A program made the translations under genes and the position numbers. A DNA stretch of 64,000 nt from the NCBI GenBank assembly GCA_003971905.1, contig RSEE01000009.1:806001-870000 (forward strand), given 5' to 3'. Below are positions 38,910-51,056 of the stretch, piece by piece. The notes beneath the pieces were generated by a model. That model saw nothing but the letters and a program-made list of their open reading frames with translations. It searched no databases and was not told the DNA's origin. Within the stretch, counting starts at the first letter, position 1, and every line of letters begins with the position of its first letter. Origin of the DNA: Moniliella sp. 'wahieum' (lineage: Eukaryota).

Positions 38910-39884
38910 GCTGCTCTTGTAACTTGGCTCTGCTGCTCCTATTTCCTGACCTGAATTTGCACGTGGTCACTGTACCTTTTATATCGGTTGGGTTATCTGT
39001 AGTTGCTGCGCAATCGGATAGCTGCACAAGGTGAAACCTTCCCGGGATGTGGCTATTGAGCCGTCAGGACATGGATCCTGAGAATACGCAGAGCCAGTTG
39101 AACCTTTCTATTAGACATCGGCAGTGCTCATTTCTAAGGACTACTTTTATGTTGCGGCGTTGAGGAATGCGTATTATGCCTATAGTACTAGTTGGTCGTA
39201 GAACACCACACGGAACTCACTCAACCCCATACTGTGCACAGGGAGCGTAGCCCCGTTTCCTTCCTCCTTTCTCTGAGCTCGAGTCGCCTTTGTCACCTTG
39301 CCACTGCCACGTTCTCGCTCTACTCATAACCTCGTTCCCACTGATTGCTACCGTCGGATTCGTTCTCTAGCTTGAAGGCTGTGCGTGGAATAGGCGCTCG
39401 GCATCCACAGCGCAACATATCCTCATTACGAGGGCGAGGCCGCGCAAATTCTTTGTAGAAATTGGTGCCCACCCTGAGTGTGCTTTTCTGACAATCCGAG
39501 AGAGAGAAACAGGCCGGTAGTGTGCTTGGCCATTTCTTTAATGGCAGCTCAAGACCTGTTATGCCGTAAAGGCCTGAAGACCACTTGACCCTTCTGATTA
39601 TCGATGCCAGTGGCACAATGCAGAAGTCCACGATGGTTGAGATACCGATCATAGCCTCCAGAAAACCCAATCAGCAGGGTGCACCATATGGATTCAAGTA
39701 TCGAGTTGGAGCGAAGAGGAAGAGAAAAACGGGAGGGGGGGGGGGTCGAGAGAGGCGAGAGACATGCGGGGACAGGAAGGTATGCGCGTGTGTGTTACCT
39801 ACCATGGCTTTCTGTCGCCTTGAGACGAGTACAAAATGTGGCATGAAGAGAAAGCCGGGGGAGAAGAGAACAGAAAAGAGAAAG

Positions 39885-40138
39885 TGTTAGAGGGTACTGC
39901 TAGGGTTCTCCTGCGCGGCCCTTAATAGATCGGTGACGCTCGCTTAGCCGAGCGGAAGAGTTCCGGTCGCAGGCCGCGCACGCCCTGCTCGCTCCATCTC
40001 CCTTCTCTCTCTCCTTTCTCCTTCCCTTCAGAGACGTTGCTTGAAGACTTGTGGCTCACCACTTTGCCTTCACGCCTTGTCTGAAGGCTTTGCAGCTGAT
40101 CCATAGGATCGCGAGTGCTCCCAAGTCGCACCCTAGCA
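39885..40138 (+). mobile_element. Solo LTR, family A copy 3 (254 bp)
   Basis: TGTTAGAG...CCCTAGCA with a perfect TSD GAAAG. Confidence 0.92.
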
Positions 40139-41784
40139 GAAAGGAAGAGAGATTAATACCTCAATTTACTACAACTAGTGTGATGACACTAGATTCCCGC
40201 TGTGGCGGGAAAGGCAAGCCAAACCCCAAAATAACGGGCGGCTACCGTTCTCTGTTGTGACGCGGGGGGTTAATGAAGATAGGTTACCACGCTAGCGTCG
40301 TAGCCGCAACAGCCCCCCCCCTGTGCTTTGCCCTACGGCCCGATGTTGTCATGCGGTAGCCTCGGGGTGTATTAACCCGTCCCCCCTGTAATGTTATACG
40401 GGGGTACAAAACCCTTTGGACGGCCAATGGGACCTACGCACATTACTGGATTCCGTCTGATCCCGCCTGATGCCATACGAGGTCGAGTGTGCTATAGCAC
40501 GGCCACGTAACCGCGTTACCCCCTAGTACATGGACCCCCTTTCGACGGGTCTTGACGACCTATGCACGCTGCTCTCCTCCTCGGAAAGTCTCTCCCTTCT
40601 TGCCTCAATATCCCTGCTCGGCTCGATCTCGATAAAAAGCGGTCATATACCGCCCTTCTCCTTCTTCCCGAATATCCCAAGAACGACGGCAATGCTGTTC
40701 ACCAATGGGGGGAAGAGCACGTCTTCAAACTTTCCACAAGTGTCGAGAGGCTGTCAAATCGAGTACTTCTCAACACTCTCGCTCCTCTTCCTTCTATATA
40801 GGATCGAGCGAGAGAATGGGTATACCTGCCGCGCACTTGCCTCCTGACGCCAACTTAAGCGTGTGGTCCCCGATTTATTATCTTCGTAAACTTGGTCTCA
40901 AAGGGGGAATGCCGTAGTCTAGCGCATCTTGCACCATTTTCAACGGCACTTTACCGTTTTCGTGTCTCGCCCTTTTCCTCCTCTCTGCCCTTCTGCTTTT
41001 TTCTCCCTGTTTCTCCTACTCCTCGCGATCTTATATTTCTTTCTCTCCATGAATGAAGATTGCTACATTCTCTCCAGCCTTGCCTGAGGAATCTCTCTAG
41101 TCTCCCTCGTTGTAGTCTCCGATGCGTTCCTTTATGGAAGGTACTGATTCTGATTGGTGTATGGTTTTGGTCTAGGACCACAGATAAGGGGGGGGGCACA
41201 CAGGTTTTTTGGAAGTAGAGAGAGGAGAGAACCACAAGTTCGCCTGTGACCGGTGTTACCCCTATCCTTGGTGTCCCTCCTCTCCCTCAAACATTTGTTT
41301 CCCTTTCCAGCACCATAGGGAATGGTGTCTTTCTGCATTCTTCCCTTCTTTGGCCCCCACTTTCAGGCTTTGGCACTTGGCCCCAAGCGAAGAGCTTATG
41401 GCCAGCCTAGCGGGTATCAATATACGGCGAACGCAGCGTGTGACGGTGATGGGTGAGGCTGGGCCTGAGGCCGGGTGCGGAGAGGTGGAACGGGGCCCCT
41501 AGGAAAGTAGACAGTGCACCAACGTTTCAAAATCGGAGCTGCCTGCTGCTACTGCTGCCGCTGCGGGCCCCTCGGCTGCGCTACCATCCCCTCCCCCACG
41601 GCCCGCACATGCGCCCCGCCCCTGCTGCGCTGCTGCGCCGCCCCCTGCCCCCCCGTCGCCGCCGCCCCCGCTGGCCACGTCTCTGCAGCCCCCGCCACCG
41701 CCGCCCCCGTCGCCCGCGCCCGCCTCTCGCTGCCAGGCTCGGCAGACCCCGTGGCCACCCAGCCGCCTCACCCACTCCCGCTCC

Positions 41785-44700
41785 ATGGGCGACCTCTCCT
41801 CCGACGCCGCCCTTCGCTCCTTCGGCAGCGGCATCGGTTTGGGCATCGATCTTGGCGAGGCAGACCAAGACGCCGACGAGCCTTGCCGCTGGACGTCGGC
41901 CTGCCCAAATCCCAAGCCTTTGTGCCAACTGCTGCTGTCCCCCCTGGCGGACAACAGGTGTGTGGCTGAATGCGAATGCCTTGTGTAGAAGCAACCAAAG
42001 GCGACTCTGTTTCTTTCCCCTCTAGCACCACCTGATTCCATCTCCGTTGCCGCACCCATTCATCCGCCAAACCCACCCACGCGTGCTCCCAGCCTCGAGG
42101 ATGCAATTGCGCTCTTACGCCAGATCCCTGTGTCGCGGGAAGCCACCCCCCACCCACTGACCTCCAGGAAACCATTGGGGTGGGACACGCCATCTGCGAT
42201 GGCCTTGGACGCCCAACCCGCTTCGCTCGACGCCTGTGAAACCAAGTCCACCGCCGCCATCGGAGACACCACTAACGACGGCGAAGTCTCCCCCGTCCGA
42301 AGTGTCCGGCGTGACCTACCTGGTCTGAGGGACGGGGAGGCTGCGGAGCGGCGTGCCTCTCTCCGCTCTTTATCGGTCCGTTCGGGACGTTGTCTGAGCT
42401 TTGGGTTTCCAACGGGGCATACCTGGGTTCGGCCCAAACCGCCCGCGCGCGCCAGGGGGAACCAGGAGGAGGGGAGCCTACGTGGCGGGGAGAGCGTCGC
42501 CTCGGGCTCAGAACCTCCTCAGTCCCCTCAGTTGTCCCAAGCTCTCAACCGAAGAAGATTGGTCCTCGTCGGCCGCTGCCTAACCCGACGGCGCCAGCCG
42601 CTCAACCACCCTCAGGCAGCTGTTCAGCCCCAGCTCACCTACCCTCTCAACCAGCACCTTTTCGAACGCTTCCATCAACCACTCACCAACTGCTCATCCA
42701 GCTTCTCACTTAACCGGCCAACAAACCAGGAGCCGTCTGCCCCGTTTCGCTCGTTCCCCTCCATCTGGAAAGGATGTCTTGAATCGTTTGGGCAAGACAG
42801 GTGGCACAGCACCCCCCAAATCGGATGCACCGCTGAAACACCACTCTCCTCCACCTCGACTACGCCCTCCCGCACTCGGCCCGACCGATTCAGGACAAAT
42901 GCGGTCCAGCGGGTCTTTCACTCCGTCCGAATCAGCTTCGACTCTGGCCGGAGGTTCGCCCGTACGGCTGTCGTTTCTCCTCGCTTCCTCGGTCGCAAAC
43001 GGTGCCAGAACGGTTACACAGTTGACCCGCACCGAATCACCCGTTCCCGGTGCTGGCTCTGGATCTGCCAAAGCAGCTGCCCTCCTTCTCTCCCCCACAC
43101 GGCGGCGTGGACTTCCGCTGAAGAGCGTTTGCGCTCGCTCCAAAACGAGCGACCCAGCATACCGACTACCTTACAACCCCCTCTAACTGCGTCTATGGTG
43201 ACCGTCCCACCATCTTTGGAAAGCAAGTCATCTCGCGCCGACGTGCCGGCGGACGGGCCCAGCACAACGCAAGGCCCCCCCGGCACAGCGCAACCACCCA
43301 CTCGCCCCGATTGCCCATGGCTACTAGCTCTGAGGCCCGAACTTCGTTTGCCTCGCCATCGAGCACGGTGCGGCCATACGAGACCAGTTCCAAGTCGACC
43401 CAATGCCCTAGTCCTGTGGTGCAGGAGTTCGAGGTGCCCACTGCATATGTGCTCCCGCCCCACAGGAACCAGCTGCCGGAATGACTGTTGACCGTTCCAT
43501 CTCGCTGTCGCCCCAGCCCCGTCCCGTCTCTTCTGCTCGTCAACCATCGCCCAGTCCTGTTTCCCCTCCTGCTCGTCGACGGGCCTATTCGCCCGATTCG
43601 TCGTTCATGACTGTTGCAAGTTCTCCCCCCCCTCGACAATCTAGCCGGCCTATATCCAACATGGCATCTTCCTCCTTCTCAGCCGCCCACCAGGCTGTCA
43701 CCAACGCCGGCGCCAATGCCGAGGCGAAGGCCACCAAGCCCCGGAAGAGTCTACAAAAATTAGCTCCCGGCTCGGTCTCTGCCGGATCAGACACCTGCAA
43801 ACTAACGGTGACAATAGCCATTCGGACGCAACAGACAAAAGCGCTCTCCACCCATCCCCTGTTCGGGCGGCGAACAAGGCTTCATTGTGGCCGCCAGCCA
43901 GCAAGCCAAACGTGGCCTCTATCGAGGCTCAACCCAAGATGAGGTCGCCCACCGCCAAAGGAACCGTTGACGCTACCAGGCCCAACGGGAATAACGGGAA
44001 GGTTGAGCTAGGCGAGTTGGGCTTGCCCCAAAGTGCCCGCCCCCTGAGCATACGCGCTTCTCCCGTTGGTATCAGTCCTTTCCCCAGTGCCCAGACGTCA
44101 AAGAAAGGAGCGTTGGAGACTACCGGGCCTACAGGGAAGATCGAGTCGGGCGATGCTCGGCTTACTAGCATACCCCCTTCCCCGGCGGGCACCACCTCTT
44201 TCCTCAGTGCCAAGTCGCCAGCTTCGTCCACCGCAAGTCGGGATGCGTACATTATCTTTGATCAACCGGCCAAGGGATCGCCATGTCCCCTACGTCCCGT
44301 CCACGGACCAATCGGCGGCACCTGCGCTGACATCAACGGGGTCACCGACCAAAGCCTCTGCCAAGGCGGATCCGGCAGCGCTGTTTGGGGTCCGATTACG
44401 CGCCGTCCCTCGCCCCTCTGCTCCGTCGGCCCTCCTGCACCCAAGTCAGCTTTGTCGAGTGTCCCCCCACCTCGCCAGAAGCCGAGGTCGCCCAAGGAGG
44501 AGGTGGTGGAGCAGCAGAGCGAGCACGGCGACACCACCGTGGTACGCATCACTCGTGCCTCGGCCTTTGATGGCTTGAGCAAAAACAAGATCTACGGAGG
44601 ATCGCAGCCTTCGTGTCGTCTGCCTCTCCCGGGTCGTTGTTTGGGGTAGCGTTGCGTTCGGCCCAACCGAGTCCTGCCCCGCCCAGCACGGTGACGCGAC

Positions 44701-45230
44701 CCAGTGCGCTGGCGGCCCCCATCTCTGGCCCGGATGGCTCCGTACCACTTCCTCCACCTTATCTTCCGTGTCGGGCGAGTCGGCAGCGAGTCCGAGCCCA
44801 TCGAATGCCCATTCGGACCAACGCTCGCTCGTCTTTCAAACCCCGCGTGAGGAGCCCTACCAGCACCCTCGAAAAGGTGCTGGTCCCTGTTTCGTCCTCC
44901 TCTGCCTCAATTGCCCGAAGAGGCTACCCCGGCGTCTACCCCCGCCAAGTCGCCGGTTGGTTTACTGCGTCGCTCCCCGTGCGCGGACGAGGAGATAGGG
45001 AGACGGCAGCGGTCACGCCCACGGCGCTCGACTCGCCCATTGCATTGACAGCACCATCTTCTCCTGCTGCTCGACCGCCGTCGTTCGCCCCTGGCTCGCC
45101 TAGTGCTTGTTCCACCAGCGACCGCTCCTCCGCGGGAGACACTCAGACGGGCCCGCGTCCTCTAGTACGCATGGCAGCAGCGCCTCCTCCGCCTTTGCCT
45201 TTTCTCCCCCCACTCCGCTGGCCGAGCTGA
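41785..45230 (+). CDS. Large Ser/Pro-rich, probably disordered hypothetical protein (frameshifted)
   Basis: A chain of overlapping + strand ORFs with consistent S/P-rich composition (42130-, 42390-, 42779-, 43481-, 43885-, 44613-). No domain recognised. Confidence 0.4.
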
Positions 45231-46070
45231 GCCCGGCTGGCTCCGGCGTGTGCGCCGCCGACGCGCTTGTCGGCCAGCCCAAGCAAGCTCTCCGCCCCGT
45301 CGACCACCAGCACCGCGGCCTCGCTCGACGCAGCAGCCGAGGCGATGGCGGATGTGGAGGCGGCAATGGGCGCGCTAAGGGTCGCGCTGACGGCGGCGGG
45401 GGCGAGTTTCCGGTAACCGGTAACCCCACTTGTCTGACTATCTGACGGACCGTCTGACGGCCTGTCTGTCTGTTGTTTCCCCCTTGGCGCCCAGAGAGGC
45501 TCAGCGCTAAAAGCTAAAACCCATGGTAGCTGCATGTTATACCTTGCCGTTCAGATTCCCTGCACCTATTTTGTTTGTTCTTTGTGTTTTGCTTTGGTTG
45601 GCTTTGGCTTGGGGTAGGTTTGGTGCGTGCCAGTATGACAGACGGTCGACCAGCGGAAGTGGGGTGCCAACCCTAGCCGGCCTGGGGACCGGCTGCCTGA
45701 CCAGTGTGTAGTGACCCCATGGATGATGTCCGATGGCGACGAACCGGCCCATTGCCCGGCCCGAGCCGTCCCGAAGACTTGCGCCGTGCGTGTCTGTCGA
45801 CTGGGCGGGGGGCGGCGGTGGGGCGCCGGGCGCAGGGCCAGTGTGCGATTAATAATTGCTTAGCGGGGGCGGGGGGCACCTAACGATTCGCTGACGCAGA
45901 GCAGAAGCAGAAGCAGAAGCAGGGCACGCCCCGCCCCGCTGGTCGGCTGGGTTGCCTCGAGGTGGGTTGGGTAAGCCAACGGATGCATTCAGCTTCTTGG
46001 GTGGGCTCGGCGGCGCAGCTGGCACGTTTGGTCGCTTCTCGACCCACCCACCTCCTGCTCTGTGTGCGCC

Positions 46071-46756
46071 ATGCTCGTCAAGGCTCCTCTCCGCTTGACC
46101 TCGCTCGCCACCCAGCCCCACCTCCGCCTTCTGGCCGGCGGGTCGTCCCGCTCGTTTGCTACGTGTGCGTACTCCTCTTCTTGGCGCCCTGTGCTGCATC
46201 GCGCGTGCGTGGGACCGATGCTCCCTGGCCGTGGCAGTGGTGCTGACTTGTGTGTGTTTTGTGGTGCTGCAGCGGCGTACCGCCAAGTCCAGGCCAGCCA
46301 AGTCCAGCCCGTCCTACATCAAGGGCACGGTGAACGAGCCGACTGAGTACCCGCCTTCGAACGCCGCGCATGGCTCGTACGAGTGGACGTTTGAGCGGGT
46401 GGTGGCCCTGTCGCTCGTGCCGCTGATTTCGGCATCGACAGTGAAGCATGGCGCATCGGGTGCGCTGGATGGCGCGCTGGCTTTGGGGCTGATCATTCAC
46501 TCGCACTACGGTGTGAGCCAGGTGCTGTTTGACTACTTCCCCAAGCGCAAGACGCCCAAGCTGGCCGCCTTGTTGACCTGGACCTGGCGCGCCACCTCGG
46601 CCGCCGCGCTGTACGGCCTGTATGGTACGTTGTCCCTCTCTTGGTGTGAGGTCGTCGACCCAATCTGACATGTGTTTGCGTTTGCGTTGCTGCTCAGAAC
46701 TCAACACCAACGACATTGGCCTGACGGAGACGATTGCGCGTGCGTGGACGGCGTAA
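46071..46756 (+). CDS. SDH4: Succinate dehydrogenase cytochrome b small subunit (CybS)
   Basis: Presequence MLVKAPLRLTSL, GTVNEP..HGSYEWTFER, IHSHYG..DY, GLY/ELNTNDIGLTE. Two introns (about 46165-46272 and 46625-46697). Confidence 0.88.
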
Positions 46757-47708
46757 GGGGGATGGGGATGCCTCGCAATATACTGGTCTTTATGGTATGC
46801 GTGGGGGATAGGGAAGCAGAGTGTTGGGAGCTGGGATACCAGGTTGGTCGGACGAGGGCCATCATCTCTCTTGAGGTACAGCCTAAGGCTGTGGACCGAG
46901 CTGGCTGAGTAGAAGAGGCAAGACGAGGGAAGCATGGAGCGTGAAGCGGCTGACCAATGTATGCTTGGGGGGCGGGCGCTTCGGCTGAGCTGGCGCTGAG
47001 CGCTGGTTGGACGCTTGGGTTGAAACATGGAGTTTCAAGCTTGCAAAAGTTGCCAATGTTGAACATTGCATCCGTCGTTGGGAGAGAACGCCTGGGACGT
47101 TGCGTGGAATGGAGAACTCTTGAACGTTCAGTTGAACGTTGACGTTGTGTGTAAGTACCAAGTACGAGGATGGGTTTGAAATGTGTGTCGTCTCGCCTGG
47201 CCAGACGGGCCAAGAGGGGGCAGGAGGCGGCAGACGCGCACCAGGGCTGGCCAGACCAGGCCAGACGCAAGGGGCAAGAGGTCAGCAGGACAGATGGTCA
47301 GGCTGATGAGAATCGATGATCGGTGCGATGGATGAGAACGAGGGATGCAACTTCCAAACCCGACGGAAAAGTCCGTGGCGGCACAGCGCCAGTGTGCACG
47401 GCTGGCCTGCTTCCAGTCTGCTTCTCACGATCTTACGCCGAGGCTCGGGCGCAGGTCTCGTGTCGGTGTCTGGCTGCTTGCTGGTCAGGCGTCGTGACGC
47501 CTGAACTTTCCGGCCACGCTAGCCAGCTGCCGTGGCAGTCGCAGTCGCTGCACGCCCAGACTCGGCGCTGGCAAACTGACGCCCCTCCCCCCCTCTCAAT
47601 AAAAGGCCCGCAGCCCTCGGCGCTTTCTTTAGTTTCCGGCTACCTTCGTGGTCAATCGCTCTTGCTCCCCAGCTGGAGCACCTTCCCTCCTTCCGTAGCC
47701 CCGGTGCT

Positions 47709-49097
47709 ATGTCCCATCTCCCTGCTACCGCCGCCTCTGGCGTCCAGGAGGGCCGCGCCAGCGTGGTCCTCGGTGCGCAATGGGGTGACGAGGGCAAAGG
47801 TGAGTTCCTTCCCCTCCTCCTCGCTCGCCTCTGCTGACTGTCGCTTGGTTCTCCAGGCAAGCTTTGTGACATCCTTGCGGGTGCCATGGACGTGTGCGCT
47901 CGCTGTGCTGGCGGCAACAATGCCGGTCACACCATTGTGGCTCATGTGGGCCCCGACAAGGTCAAGACCAAGTTTGACTTTCACCTGCTGCCCTCGGGCC
48001 TGGTCAACCCCCGGTGCGCCGGCTTTATTGGTTCGGGGGTGGTAGTGCATGTGCCTTCGTTTTTCGCTGAGCTCGACACGCTGGAGAAGAAGGGCTTGGA
48101 GGTGAGTGGCCGTCTGTTTGTTTCGGACCGCGCCCACCTGGTGTTTGACTTTCATCAAGTCGTCGATGGCATGAAGGAAGTCGAGCTGGGAGGCAGCAGC
48201 ATTGGCACCACCAAGAAGGGCATTGGGCCAGCGTACGGTTCCAAGGCTTCCCGCTCGGGCCTGCGCGTGCATCACCTGTACGACCAAGAGTTGTTTGCAA
48301 CCAAGTTCCGCAACCTGGTCGAAGGCCGGTTCAAACGCTACGGTCACTTTGAGTACGACACGGAGGGAGAGATTGCGCGCTACCGTGCCTTTGCTGAGCG
48401 CCTGCGCCCGTTTGTTGTCGACGGCGTCACCTTTATCCACACTGCGTTGGCACAGAACCGCCGTGTGTTGGTCGAGGGTGCCAACGCGTTGATGCTTGAC
48501 ATTGACTACGGCACGTACCCCTACGTTACTTCGTCTTCCACAGCGATCGGTGGCGTGTGCACTGGCTTGGGCATCCCCCCCAAACTGGTGGGCAAGACGA
48601 TTGGTGTGATGAAGGCCTACACCACGCGCGTCGGTTCCGGTCCCTTCCCCACCGAGCAGCTCAACGAGGTTGGAGTTCACTTGCAAGAGGTGGGTGCCGA
48701 GTGGGGCGTGACGACCGGCCGTCGTCGCCGGTGCGGATGGCTGGACTTGGTGGTGATGAAGTACTCGCACATGATCAATGGCTACGACAGCCTCAACCTC
48801 ACCAAGCTCGACATTCTCGACGACTTGGAGGAAATCAAGGTGGGCGTGGCGTATTACCACGATGGCGTCGAACTCGCCTCGTTCCCTGCCGACTTGGAGT
48901 TGCTGGCGCAGGTGGAAGTCAAGTACGAGACGCTGCCCGGGTGGAAATCGGACATTTCCAAGATCACCCAGTACGACGAGCTGCCGACCAACTGCAAGAA
49001 GTACATTGAGTTCTGTGAGAAGTTCCTCGGCGTGCCCATTGAGTACATTGGCGTTGGCCCTGGCCGCGAGAGCATGATCCACCGGCAGCAGGCGTAA
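47709..49097 (+). CDS. ADE12: Adenylosuccinate synthetase
   Basis: [13 protein letters not shown] (across an intron at about 47800-47856), [47 protein letters not shown]. Confidence 0.97.
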
Positions 49098-51056
49098 GAG
49101 GCGCGATGAACTCCCTTGGGCCGGTTTGTGGTTGGCAACCCCAAGGACCTGTGGGATCCTCTAATGCAGCGATCGCCGTGACTTTCACAATCTGGAGTAG
49201 ACAGCAGGACTGGTAGCGATTCCCTGAAATGGTGTGCTGTAGCAGGTAATATCGCAGGTGGACGGTGGACCGGGCGCTTGCGCGGGACACCATAGTTGGT
49301 AAGTAACTAGCAACTGGAAGAGGTGAGCATGTGAGAGTTGAATGACCACGTCGACTATCATCTCATAGCTTGGCTCTCACAGCAAAAGTGCCTGCGTGCG
49401 TACGTGCCATGGCTGCCACGGCCTATGGTGGGGGGGGGGGGGGACAGACAGACCAGTGACATGTGAGTCAACGTCTTGCGCACTGCATGCGAATGGTAGA
49501 GAACTGGCATACACACCAATACCCCTTTTCCTTGGACTTGGATGCTGTTGGGGCTTGGCAACAAGTCCGGGGAGGTACTGGAGACAAAAAAAGTCCGTGA
49601 GTGGGGTTGGTTTGGAGAAGGTAGAGACCAGAGAGGCGCAAGCTTCAGACACTATGTATGGCAGCCCTCAACCAATGGTCAGGCTGATCGCTGTTAAACG
49701 TTAAAGCCCAGTGCTGCTGCCCCACATGGGCGGGGTCACCTGATCAATCACCGGTCACAGGTCACCAGTCATGCTGGCCAAGTACAATAAGGAGCAGACG
49801 GACATGGATGCAGGCTACCGGTCGAACATAGCCGTTGGGTCTAAAAATGCCTACAATGCGTTCGTTCATCTTCAACTGCACGCTCACCTCAGTATTCAAT
49901 CAAGGCACAGCGGTGTTCCAACACGTTCCACCCAACCAACCGCCGTGTAGCCTGTCGGCTCTGCCATCCGAGCGCCCGCCATGCGACGATGGTCTAGACC
50001 TTGCACTTAATTCCACCTCGAGTTGAAGGAGCTGGGCGCAACTGAACGTTGAACGTTCAAGCTCAAGTTGAATTTTCAACCGGCCCGTTCGACGACGTCA
50101 CACGTAGCTGGAAGAATCCCCCCGTGTCACGGTCCTCTTAGATAATCTGGCCGTGCTTCTTGCCGCGCCTGGCTGAGCTGGTGGTGCCGGTTGGTGTTCC
50201 TCGTTCTGGCGAGGCAGTCGGAGACATGCTGGGTGAATCGTGCCTGCGGGTCAGGCGCTGAGGCCGGAGGCAGGTCTTCCGTGCTGGCCAGGTGTGCCTA
50301 TGTGACATGCCATGCGACATGTGCCATGTGAGCTGGCTGGTTCGGTTCCAGCGGCCACATACTGGGCCAGTGGCCGAGCAGCCGTCGAGATAGGCAGAGA
50401 AGAGCAGCCTGGGCCGACGCAGGCAGACGCCCGGTCTCCGTACGACAATCGCCGCCTGTTCGGCTGGTCAGACTATCAGTATCGCTGGGCCCCCGTGCTG
50501 GTGACGAAATGCCGTTCGAAGCGGCGGCATGGCAGACACTGCCCCTGCGCTGTGTGCGGGTATGGCGGCTCGGCCCAAGCGGCCCTTGCTGCTGCACACC
50601 GACGCCGTGCGTCACCGCGTCACCCGTCACCCGTCCCACGCCACAGAGCCCACGCGCCCGCAGTGCGCCAGAGTGCGGGAACCTTCGGATGCAGTTCCGG
50701 ACAAGGCACCAGACTGGCGCCGTGCGGTGCCATTAATAATGATTGGGTGCGTCTGGGCAGTGGATGTAGTCCGTCAATATTGCCGCACTTCGTCGTGGGC
50801 GCTGGGAGGCCAATGTACCTCCTTGTGGGGAACCGACGGCCGTGGCCAGAAAGCGTTTTCTCCGTCTATAAAGTCGCCTGGCTCCCCCCCACCTGCCGTC
50901 TCTTCCTCTTTCCCGTTGGCTGCTGGCTCGCTTGCCCTCTTCTTGCTTCTTCCACCCTCCTCCCCCTTCCTCCGCCGGTGCGCATCTGTTCTCTGCTCTG
51001 CTCTGCTGCTCAGCCCCGCACCGCCCCATCCTTCCCTCCCGCCGCCTGCGAGTACC

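Noticed and set aside
40140..41400. Possible degenerate transposon or LTR internal region next to LTR copy 3
   Set aside because: The TSD closes the LTR as solo, and I recognise no PBS, gag, RT or integrase motifs.
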